Positions 36,501 through 48,500 of a DNA stretch of 64,000 bases are shown in pieces (the first letter of the stretch is position 1; every line of letters starts with the position of its first letter). Source of the DNA: an uncultured Methanosarcinales archaeon (GTDB lineage Archaea > Nanobdellota > Nanobdellia > Woesearchaeales > ARS49); the NCBI GenBank assembly GCA_964637115.1, contig CAZWVL010000001.1, positions 127,340-191,339 on the forward strand, written 5' to 3'. A program made the translations under genes and the position numbers. The notes under the pieces were generated by a model. It saw nothing but the letters and a program-made list of their open reading frames with translations, was not told where the DNA came from and made no database searches.

Positions 36501-39500
36501 AAGAGCATCGAGCAGCATCTGTTCGTGGTTGCCACGGACGACAATGACTTTTCCACCGGATGCCTCTGCCTGAGCCTGCAACTTGCGTATGAATTCTGCT
36601 GCACCATGCGCATCTTCACCTGCATCAACAATATCGCCATCAAAGACAAAGACTGCCTTTCCATTCCTGTTCTCAGGGCCAGTGTTCCAATTATCATTGG
36701 CATCAATAAAGCCAGCACGATGCATAGCTTTACGCGCAACCTGATAATTGCCCTGCACGTCACCCATCGCACCAAGACGAGCAGCACCCTCAACGACTTT
36801 CACGTGCGGCAGGTCAACTTTGAGGTATGGTTCGCCTTCTTTCAACATTTCAATTTCAGGCAGAAGAGGTTTTTTTGCCACTGGCGGTTCCGTGACTACT
36901 TTCGGTATGGCAGTTATCTTCGGGCCCTTGCCTATTTTAACAAGCTCAAATGTTTTCAATTGACTCATGTAACGCGTTGCTTCAGAGCCGTCAGGCCTAC
37001 GAATTATCAGGTCACCATCTTTATCAAGACCAAGTACCACAACATCTTCAGTAACTCCGTTCTTTTGAGTAAGTATGACTCTGCTGCCCTCAGCAAGCTC
37101 GTCTAGACGCATAACCTCGGCCCGCTTGCCCATTGCGCTGACAATGATCCTGATAGGGATATCAATTCCCAAGAAAAATATTGGAGCAATCCTTGTTGTT
37201 TCCAGCATAGCTTCACCCAATGCGCTGCCCAATGTGCGCCGTCCGGTAATCGGAACCGGCAAAGGAGTAACAGGCGCGCCAAGAATTCTTGCCTCGTACG
37301 ATTGGCGGGCCCCACGCGCATCTGCAAGCAATTTATTGTACTCCGCATCCACAAGCTTCTCAAGCTGCTTCTTCGTAGTGAGCCAGCGCTTGATTGACCG
37401 CATCTCTTCGAGAATTTTCTCACGTAGCACATTCTGAATGTCCTTGCCATATGCTGCTCGCTGAACCGGTTCCAAGTGTTCAAAGGCGTAGTCAAGAGAG
37501 GCGAGTGTGCGCTCATCAAGAGGTCCTTCTTTCAGCATTTTAATTGCAATTAGCGTCAGATCGGCTGGTGTTCCTACATAGTACAGCTTCTGTTGAATGA
37601 TTGCATTGTGAACTGCGAGCTTGTTGATCAATGTTTCAACTAGCCCAACGTCATTTCCATTTCTATATAGCGGCTTATCCGCAGTGCTGCTTTCATCAAA
37701 CTTAACATCCTCAATCGCGCCCTCAAGCACAGTTTCTGCAACGCCGCTTTCCTTTGAAAAGACAACGCGCGGATCTCTGAAATTGGAAGAATAGAAGAAT
37801 GCACCAATGTCGAGCTCCTGGCCCTTGCCGGCAAGTTCTGGAATTAACCTGGAGCCAACTTTCAACACTGCCTCGAGATAAAGCGGTATTGACCTGCAAC
37901 AAGTATCCACAAACACAATCTTGCCGGATTTCGCTGCACCAGATGTTTGCAGATAATTATACAGATATTTATGCACTTCTGCAAACTTTGCCCTAAACTC
38001 AGGATTTGTGCGCAGCAAGTCTTCTATTTCCCTGAAGAATGCCTCCTTGAACCTGTCATAATTGCCATATCCGACCTCGTCCGCAAGCCTATCTAGGATT
38101 TTTTCAATGAGCGTCCAATGCGGGCCATCGAATCCGCCAAGAGTGTCTCTGCTCACGTATGCTGCATGGACATCCGTGTCTGGATTCATTGATTTGTCCG
38201 TAACAAGCATAATGTGGCCGTCGCGTCCAAGGTAGACTTTGCTGTAGCCTGGATACTTTTCATTCAGCTCATCAATTGCCTGCGGAATTCTTCGTGCCCT
38301 TCGATTGGCCTTGAAAAGCATATCATCAAACATCTTTCTTGTAAGTCCCTCAGCAGGCAGCTGGTCACCAGGCTGTTTTGCAGACATAAGCGCCTCTGCC
38401 TTCCTGCGCGCGAGCTCGTACATTTCATCCTGCGTGAACATGCGGCCAAAGGTCTCAACATCAGCAATCTCTGCCAACATATCATCAAGAGTCCTCTGTG
38501 GATCACCTGACAAGTCCTTTCTTTGCAAATGCTTGGCAATCCTGCTTTCAAGCTCTTCTGTCGTGAACACTTTTTCAGGCGCTTCCTCAACCTCTGGTAG
38601 AAGAGGCTTCTTTGCAACTTCAGGCTCGGCAGTTACCATTTCGCCCAGTGCTTTTTGCAGCATTTCGTCTTCGTGCCTTTCAGTTTCGTCAGCAAGAGCA
38701 GGAGCTTCAGTTCTTGATTCCTCAAGCTGTTCGCGAACCACTTCGCCTTTCTTCCTGATCACAGTCTTCTCATATCTTTCAGGAGAACTTACGGTAGTTT
38801 GCTCCAACTCCTTCGTCGCAGCACCCTCAAGACCAATTTCACCTATGGCTACAGGTCCTGCCCCTGTTGATTTCAGCAAATCTACGCTATCAAACTCAGC
38901 ACTGCCTACCTGCACATTGGAATGACCGCGCGTAAACTCGAAAATATCAATCACGCGACGCGCTTCTGTTTCCAGTTCAGCAGGAGTCTTACCTTCCTTA
39001 TATCCCGACTCCATGGCACCAATAATCTCTGAAACTGCCAAAGGATTATTTGTTCCGTGCCTCTGCTGGAATTTGGCCCAGAGATCCATGAAGTTATTCT
39101 TTGAAAGCACCTTTGAATCATACTCTGCAACAGAAAGATGAGGCTTGTAAGTTTCGGGTGTGGAAAAGTCAAATATTTTCTTGACTGCTTCTCTATTTTT
39201 CTCAATATCAACACCCTTGTCTTTCAAAAGCTGCTCAACTGACTCAAAGATGGCAGTGTTTATCTGGCGTGTGATTTCAGGAGAAGCTTTTGCAACTACT
39301 GAAGTTCCCAATATGTCAAGACCGCTAAAGGTCACAACTCCGGCCTTAATCTTTTCCACGCGCTCACGCACGAGGCCTAGAAGAGCATCAATGTCCTGCG
39401 GGGAAAGCCGCACTGAAGGTCCAAAGTCCTTAGCGAGACGTTCGTTCAGCTCATTTATTTTGCCAACAAAAAATTCAGTCATATGAAGCCCTTCAGGTGC

Positions 39501-42500
39501 GTTAATATCAAATGTGTCGCTCACATATGATTCAAGATCACTCAAGATATCTTGTGAAATAACAATTCTTGAAGGCTTGACGCCGAAATACAGATTGCGA
39601 GTCATTGGTGTCCTGAGAATCTGCTCTACTATGGAATAAATTTCAGGCCTAGACCTGAGGAACTCGCGCGCTTCAGCAGACATAGTCTTCAGCAGCTCTT
39701 CCTTAAGCGGCTTCAGAATTGCCCCTGCAGCTTTCGGATCGTCCAATTTGCTGAGCGCCTCTATTACACGTGCTCTGGCAACATCCGCACCAACTTGAGG
39801 AGTATCGGTTCCAGAAATAGTGAGTTCTTTCAAATGCCCTTCAAGCTGCGCCCTGACAATGTTGATATCGACAGGCAGTCCTTTCTCCAATGCGATGCCG
39901 AGCGTCTCAAGCTCATCAGCAACTTCATTAAGTCTTGAAAAGAATGTACTGTAAGCCTGTGTGAGAGTCCTTGCGGTTTCCAAGTCGCCTTCTGCAACTG
40001 ATTTCTTGTAAAGACGCTTCAACACTTTGAAGTAGTTTTCATGAGGATCACCGACTTCAGCATACTTCTCAATCTCTTCTCTCATTATGTTTGAGTACTT
40101 CTCTCTCAATGATTTGTCAAGATACGAATAACGTCCCTGCGTGCGCAATACAGTATCTGCAACAAGATCTGCTTCGCCGCGGGTAAAGTAAACTTGCTGA
40201 AGCGCATTTATTGGCAGCGTTCTGGGGTCTGCAATCTCTATTGCATTGGTTGCAGGATCCTCAACAGCAGTGTTCAAAACAATGCTCATTGGTTTATATC
40301 TGCCGTCGTATAAAGCAACCAAATCAATCTTCCACAACACCCTGCCTCCTCGGGCAATCTCACTTGCCATTTGCTCGCGCGCGGCCTGGACAAGAGTAAT
40401 TTTCCTTCCTTCCACAATTTTCTCTCCAGCCAAGACTTCTTCGAATGTCCATTTGATCTTTTTCTTGCCTGTTGAATCAGAGCCAAGGTCTAGCACCTCA
40501 AATATGACATCTTTGCGTCCCTGCAGTCCACGCACGTATCTCTGCAGCATCGTGGCAAAGTTGGCATAAGCTTTTTCAGGAGAGCCTCGCAATCTGATAA
40601 GCGCGGCAAAGTCAATGTCGCTCGGGTACGGGTTAATGGCAGATTGTGCTGCACTACCTGCCAGGCCAACTGCAACCTCTGCATCCAATCCGTCTGTTGG
40701 AAGATCGGCCAGCTGGCGCATCTTGCGCATTTCTTGGAGTTTGACTGGATCTGCGTCAATAATTGCTTCCAAAGCGCCAAAGACTTCCTGTCCTTCAGCC
40801 GAGCGGCGGAAAATACCTGCTGGGCTCACAAGCTCAGTTCCTTCAGGCGGCAGGATATCGCTGCGGATAACAGGAGCTGGCTCAGCAACCTTCACTATTG
40901 TCAAAGTAATGTCATCATCCCTTGGAGCGTCCTGCGCAAAGTCCCTTGTGCCCCTCAAAACAGCATCTCTTATCTGCTCAGCAGTCCAGCCGTTCTGAAC
41001 TCCTGCTCTTATGATGGAAATTGTATCTGACTCAGGGTTGAGAATATGGTTGCCATTTGCATCATACATAACCTGGCCTTCTGCATCGCGTTTGAAGATA
41101 AAGTCATACTGTTCTTCACCTCTATACTGTTCATACAATCCGTCTGTAAGATGTATTAACAAGTCGCCCTTGCCAAGTTCTATTTCAACGGGCTTCTCGA
41201 CTGTAAACGGTTTGGGCAAACCTAATGGCAAGATTCCATCAATGGTTCCTGGGTACTTAGACCTGACAAGTTCCATATCGCCGTTTGCCCGAACAATAAG
41301 AACAACTTCGCCTGCAGTCACGATCTCAGCTTTTCCTGTTTCAGGATTCAGGACAGTCGCGGAGAAAGTCATGAAATCACCAGACTTGTAATATTTCCTT
41401 GTTTCAGACGCAATCAATGCTGTCAGTTTCTCTGGGTGTTCAAGCAGGTCGCGCGCAGAATCAGAAACTGCCTTGTCCGTTGATTTGTAATCTGCCGTTA
41501 TCTTCCTAATAATGTCAGCAGGAATTGATTTCAGCAAGCTTGCTTCAATGCTGTGGCCTTTTCCATCACCGTTAATAATTAACACGCGCGCCTTTCCGTC
41601 ACTGCCCGTGAAAGTGAACGTAAGCCTTGCATCGCCACCAGAAACTTCTTTTTCAGGAGAGTTGATACCAGAAATCTCAGTACTTCCAATTCTTTCTGAA
41701 CGCGCGCCGATGCTTGCCATTTCAGCATTTGCTACAAGCATTGCAACCCGTTCAGCGCGCTGCGCCTTGAACATATTGTCAAGCGCTATCTCGCGCTTTT
41801 TAACATCCTTAATCTGGTCAAGCAAGTTCTTATTTTCAGAACGAATCTGCTCCTTGATGTACTTATCAACAGCAGATAATGAAGATTTGATTGCTGATGG
41901 CAATTGATCGGACTTCCTAATTGCATCAAATGTCTCACTTAATATTGCCCTGCGCGCATCAGCGCTAAGAGCAAGCGCGGACAATGCTTCGTCAAGCACT
42001 GTCGCATCCCACAAGCCCTGCTGGATGTAAGAATTAATGATTTGCTTTACGACGCCCTCCATTGCCGGATCATACAAAACATTCGCTTTTTTCAGAACGT
42101 CCCTGACTGCGTTTTCTGCACGAACCTCCTGAATGAGAATATCGCTAATAGCTGCACGTACATCCTGCTCGCTCGTTGTTCTCTTGTAGAACGGTTCTTC
42201 AGCAATGCCCGGCAGAACAGGTTTTCTGGCCACTGCAGGCTCAACCACTTTTTCAGGAACTGCAGGCTTTGCGGCTTCTTCAGGAGCGTAAAGCTCCTGC
42301 ATTTCCTTCAAATGCTCTATCGCAGTCTTTACGCCATTGAGTTTGGATTGAGCAATCGCCGCATCACCAGCTTTTTCAATTGCGGCCTGCCTGGCTTCCA
42401 AGATTTTTTGTTGCTGAGCGCGCAACGAACTTTCAATTCCGCTGAGCTGCGACTGCAATCCTGCAGCCTCATCAAGCTTTCCTTCGCTCACGCGCTGACT

Positions 42501-45500
42501 GATTAAGCTTCTGAGCTGGCTTGTTGTCTGCACACCAGCAGACTTGAGCAAGTTTGCAATTTCCAGATACTCTGGAGACTGTGAAGCAGCTTCGTAAGCA
42601 GGCAAGGCCAACTGCAATGAATCATCAGCCTGCGCTGCACCCTGCAGTTTGACAAGCTCCTGCTTCAAATCAATATCTCCATTGTCAGCCAATGAGCTCA
42701 AGACATCAAACTTGAGCGACTCATAGTTAACTTCTGATTCGGCAGCCTTTGCACGGACATTTGCGATAAACGCTTCCTTGGCAGCATCCATACCAAGCGT
42801 GCCAAGCTCCTGCGGATTGATTGCCGCAGCTTGAACTACATTAATCATAAACTCAGTGACATCAGCCCTTACACGATCCTGCTGCAATGCCAGATTGGAC
42901 TGTTCAACCTCGATCTGAGCGCCCTCTACCTGCAGAGCGGCCACATCAACCTGAGCAGCATATGATGCGCGTTCTTCAGCAGTTACTGCCTTTGCCAAAT
43001 TCTCCTGTGCTGTGGCAAAATTATCCAGCGCATTTGTGAGCTTGTCACGCGCAGACTCAAGAGCTTCAGTGTTTTTAACAGCACTTTCACGCGCCTGTGC
43101 TGCATCTGCCTTCAAACTGTCAATCTTACGCGTTTCAACTTCGACAATACGCTTGACTGCATTATTAATAGGAGTATCGCCCTTGCTAAACTCATTATAG
43201 CTGTCCTTGCTTCTAACATCCTCAAGAATTTCCTTGAACTCCCTGAAGTTTTTAGCCTCCAAAAGAGATTTTCCTGACTTGAATGGAGCAGCATCACTGA
43301 GTGCAACTGGCTTGGCATCATAAGATCCAAGATCCTTGAAAATGTCTTTTCCAGCCTCGCCAAGCTGCTGGATTTCAGGAGAATTCAACAAGTTATCCTG
43401 CACGTACTTTGCACGGCGTTCAATCTCACTCTTCATTCTATCAACAGTTTTCTGGCCGTATGCCGAATCAAGAGATGGCTCTTTTGCTGACGTGAACTGA
43501 TCATACCTGATGAGCTGGTCCTGCAAGCCCTTGATGTTGCGCATCGCGTCTTCTCTTGATATCTCACCACGCTCTGCCCTTGCAAGCTCGCTCTTGATAG
43601 CGCGGCTGAATCCGCCACGCACAACCTGGTCAAGATCCTGCAAGTCGCTACGCTCAGTGTATTCCTTAATGCCGGCAGCCTCACGCCTCAGAGCGCTTTT
43701 CAGCAAGCTCTTGACGTCGTTAATCGAAGCATCCAAGGACCCGACTTCAATAGAGTCTCCAACATTTCTCTTCCTGCCAAGCGCCTGCTCCACATCAGTG
43801 AGGCTTGTTGATTTGTCAACAATAACCTTGAATCTTGTTTCACCGAATTCAGCGCCAACTTCCCCACGCTCCAATCTCGATTTAAACGCAGCATTTGCAT
43901 CAATGTCCCTGCTTTGAGTAGTCTTCAAATCAAGACCTTCGATTTCATTAGTAATAACTGCGCCGTTCCTGCCCTTCAGACCCTTCTCCAGCACGACCCG
44001 CTTTGGATCAACTTCTGTAGTCTTGATTTCCAGCTTGCCCTCAGCAGTCTTGACAACTTCAGACAACAAGTACTTTCCGCCAACTTCCTTTGGAGTTCTT
44101 ACGAGCAGGAAATCACCTTCTTTTGCAGTTCCTTCTAACACGCGTGATTCAAGCGCTTCACGGCCAATGCGCACTGCATCTGCATAGCCCTTGCCGGCAG
44201 CATATATATAGGAGTCAAGGCCTCCTTTCCTGAAACCATCCTCAATATAACTCTTGACGTTATCAAGAACTTTAATACGCCCTTCAAGGCCCAAATTCTC
44301 TCTTGCGTTCGGACCTTCACCTGCCTTGAGCCTTGCATCAGCACGTTGAGCATCAAACTTGAAGGCGTCAGCAACTTTCTCACCAAACTCTGCCTTAATT
44401 GCATCCCTAAGCATTTCAGGAGAGACCCATCTAAGCGCACCAGATTCAAGCAGAATGGTTTCCAAGCCGGTTGAGCCCCGGAGCGCGCCCTCAACAAGCT
44501 TCTGCGTAGCAGTCAAGGCGGTATACTTGCCAAACTCACGCAAGAAGTCCTTCATATTAGACTTTGCAGACTTGGTAGTTATTTCCAACTCGCCAAGACT
44601 TGCCTTTGCTCCTGCACCCTTAACCAATGTTTCAATAATTATATGCCTGTTGACGTCTCCAAAGCTCATACCCTCTTGAGCAACTGCACGTTCTTGCATC
44701 GGACGAACTTCTTTCACATTTCCTGCAGCATCAACAATAGTCTCGTAGCCTTTCTTCAACGATTCATCCTTGAGAACATCTTTCAACTCGCCAAGCAGTT
44801 CCTTATACTGCTTCAAGTCACCAAATCCTTTCTTCAACGCGTCAACAGTAACCTCTTTACCCAAAATCTTTGAAAGCTCACTTGCGAAATCCTTAAGCGC
44901 GCTGTCCTTGAATTCATTGAACAGATCATTCGGCTCCCTTGCAAGTTCTCTTGCAGCGCTTTCAAGGTCCTTGGCATCTGCTTCAAGGCCGCGCTTTCTT
45001 AGCTCAGCAACCTCCTTGTTCAGTTCTGCTGCCTTATCACCATTAGTCTTGAGCAAGTCCTCAATGACTTTCTTATTGTTGGCTGCAAACTCGTCCCCTA
45101 TCTTGAAACCCTTTGACTCCAGCAGTTTGAGCACATCTCCGGAAGCCTTAATCTTTGCAAGACCATCAACAGATGCAGATAATTTTTCAGTTGCAAGCGT
45201 ACGAATAAGGTCAGTCGCCTCTGCAATCTTTTGAATTTCATCAATCAAACCAGCGCGCTTCTTGAGCGCAGACATCATTCTGTCTGCAATTGAAAGTTCT
45301 TTGAAAGTTGCGCCAAAGAGCGATGCACTTGTGACGCGCTGGATTGTTGCAAAGTCAGTAATCAGCACTTTCGCATCCCTTGCTGCCTCAAGGTCAGATT
45401 CGGTCAAGTCACGGTCCTTCATCTTGCCAGTCTTTGCATCTATTTCAGTCAAGGAGAATTCTCTGACTGAGCCTTCTCCAAGAACACGCTCAACAAAGCC

Positions 45501-48500
45501 CTTGATATCCTTGTACAACGCTGAACGTTTCTGCGCCTCTGTCTGAATATTCAAGTGAGCGCCCTTGCCGAACAAAACGTCCCAAAGGATTCTATCAGGA
45601 GTGAACGTAGCAGTCTTTCCAAAGCCAGTCGGGGCCTGAATAAGAACACCTTCCTTGACAATGGCATTAATAATAGTTTCAACCTGATCAGCTCTGGGCT
45701 TCCTGCCCTCTTCTCCCTTCACGCCTTTTGATTTTGCAACTTCTGAATACACTCTTTCCAAATATGTCTGCAATTTCTTAACCAGCTCTGCTGCATTGGG
45801 CTTGCTGGCAATCTCTGGAATCTTCATCAACTCTTCGCCAAGCTTCTTTGCATCAACCTCGCGAACAGGCTTTCCGTCCGACCCCAGAACTGGTTTTCCA
45901 TCCTTACCAACAACTGGTTTGGACGCCTTGTCAACAGCGCTCTTAATCTGATCAGGTGAAGCGCCCTTGAAAGCTTCGTACATCTTTCTGCCAGTCTCAA
46001 CACCATCACGCATCCTTTCAATATTTGTCTTCTCAACTCCGAGCTTTTCCAACTGGACAGCAGCATCCTTGTTAATTCTATCAACAACAGCATCTCTGTC
46101 AACAACAGCATCTTTGCCTTTGGGCAATTTCAATAATGCATCTATTTCCTTCTCGCCAAAGCCGCGAGTGCGCAATTCATCACGCAAAACATTCGCCTCT
46201 GTCAGCTTTCCTGCAGTCGTGAGCTCATTTATTTGCCTGAGAGTTTCATACACTTTGTCAGCAGCGTGGATTTTTCCAGCTTCCATTTCAACACGCATTT
46301 CAGGAGAAGCACGCAATCCTGCTTCGTACAAGCTAACCTTTGCCGCTTCAACCAATTCCTTTCCTTCAATCTTCGCAGCAGCCTCATTCAACCTATTCTC
46401 AATATCCTTCTGGCTTTCCTTGACTGCAGAATCAACCACTTCTTTGCTGAAGAACTGCTCTCTTGTTCTCAACAAGCGCTCGCGCTCTAAACCAAGATTC
46501 TTCAAAGAATTCTTCAGCAAGTATGCTTCCTCGTAAAGTTTTCTGACTGCCGATGCTTCAGGAGCATTACGTGCTTCGAGCATTTTGGCCTTGGTAGCAA
46601 GCTCGGCAAGCGACTTCACTCCTCCAAGTTCAAGAGCTGACCGCAACTTTCCATCCAAAACATTCTGAAGATTACTGAGCTGCTTAATTTCCCTCGTATA
46701 AGCCCGCCTCTGCGCCTCTGCATCCTTTGCAGAAATCAGGCGTTCCTTGGCCTGCCTGTTAATTTCTGCAAGATCCTTGGCCAGTATTTCACGGTGGCTC
46801 GCCAAATCCTCGCTTTGCGCCTTGAGAGCATCCGAGTTCATGAAAGACCATTCCTCAATCTTTCTAGCTTCCCGCATCGCGTCCTCAACCTTCATTCGCG
46901 CAGCAAGCTCATTTCGCAATGAAGCTGCGGACAATTCATCAAGCTCACCAGAAGCTTCAAGTTCCTTATAGTAACCGTCAAGGCTCGACATCCAGATGAG
47001 AGTGTTAAAGTCGCGCAAACGTTCTGCTCTCAAAGCTTCTTCACGCGCTGAACTCAAGGTTTTTTCCGCAGCAGAAAGCTCTTCCTTGAGCACAACTTCA
47101 GGTTCTTTCAAGAATCTGTCAAGCTTGCTGAGCTTTTCACGAATCTCTGCTTCCAAACGGTCAGCTTCCTCATTCTTGCCTTCTCTTCGTAATGCCTCGG
47201 CATCTTTGGAAAGCCTGTTGATTTCATCAGTGCGCTGTCCAACCTGCTCATCTATGACTTTCTTCATTGATTCGCCGGCCTGTTCTCCAGCCTTCAAGGC
47301 GTCCGCATTCTTCGCCAAGAATTCATTATAATCCCGACTGAGCCGGTCAGCCTCGCGCTGTGCCTCGCGTGCAGCATCAGCTTTACCCTCTGCGCGCAGT
47401 CGGTCAGCTTCCTTTTGAGCATCTTTGACATTCTGGCTCTTCTCCAGCTCAGACCTGCGCAGCTGTTCAGCATTATCAAAGCCTGCCTCTTTTGCAGCAG
47501 CATCGGCTCTCTGTTGTGATTCCCGCGCTGTTTCGTGCGCTTTGTAATTGTCAGAAATACGCTGCACTTCACCAGAAGCTTCGGCAAGATTAATGCCTGC
47601 ACGCTGATAGTTAATTTCAAAGCGCTGCGCGTTAATCTGATTCTTTGCAGTTTCATAGTTTGGCGCGTTGGAGTCAAGCATGTTTTGCTGCCTGTTAAGC
47701 GCGCTTTCCTGCGCGTCAAGAGACTGACGCCTGGCGTTAAAGATTTCAGCTCTTTCTCGGGTAGTGTAATCAGCGTTAGTAAGCTGTGAAGGATCCTTGT
47801 TTAATCTCTTTGCTGCGTCCTCCACAATCTTGCCAATCTTTGCCTCGCCTGACATTCTGCCTAATTCGCTATCCATTCTTGCAAGCTCGCCAGACGCAGC
47901 CCTGAACTGTTCTGGACTGATTTCTCCTGCCTTTACGCGATTGACAAGATCCCTTTGTGCTGATTCGATCTTGCCTCTAAGACCTTCCGCTGATTTTCCG
48001 TCAAACTTGTTTTGCTCGAAATTATTGCGGGCTGATTGGAACTCCTTGCCCATTGCTTCATACTTAGGACCAAGTCTACGTGCCTCGATCTGACGAGCCA
48101 TTTCATCCAACGGCCTGCTCGCCTTGTCAACCCAGCCGTGCGTTGCTTTCAGAGCACCAAATGTCAGAAGGTTCTTGATGAAACTCTGGGCAATATGGCT
48201 CGCGTCCATTTTATCTCTCTGTTCCTGGCTTGCAGTTCCAAGCTCAAACAAGGAGAACGCACCAGACTCAATCATAAGGTTGAGCGCAAATGCCACTTTT
48301 ACACCAAAGTTCTTTCCAAGGCCCTTTGCAAAGGCTTTGCGCAATGAACTTTGAAGAGGACTCATACCGGTTGAGCCAGCCATCATTGCAGCACTCATTA
48401 TAAAGGCACGAGCACCCCAATGACCTTCATCAATCTGATCCTGCAATACAGCTGCAAAACTTCTGCCCTCTGCCAGACTTACTTTTCCTGCCTGCAATAA

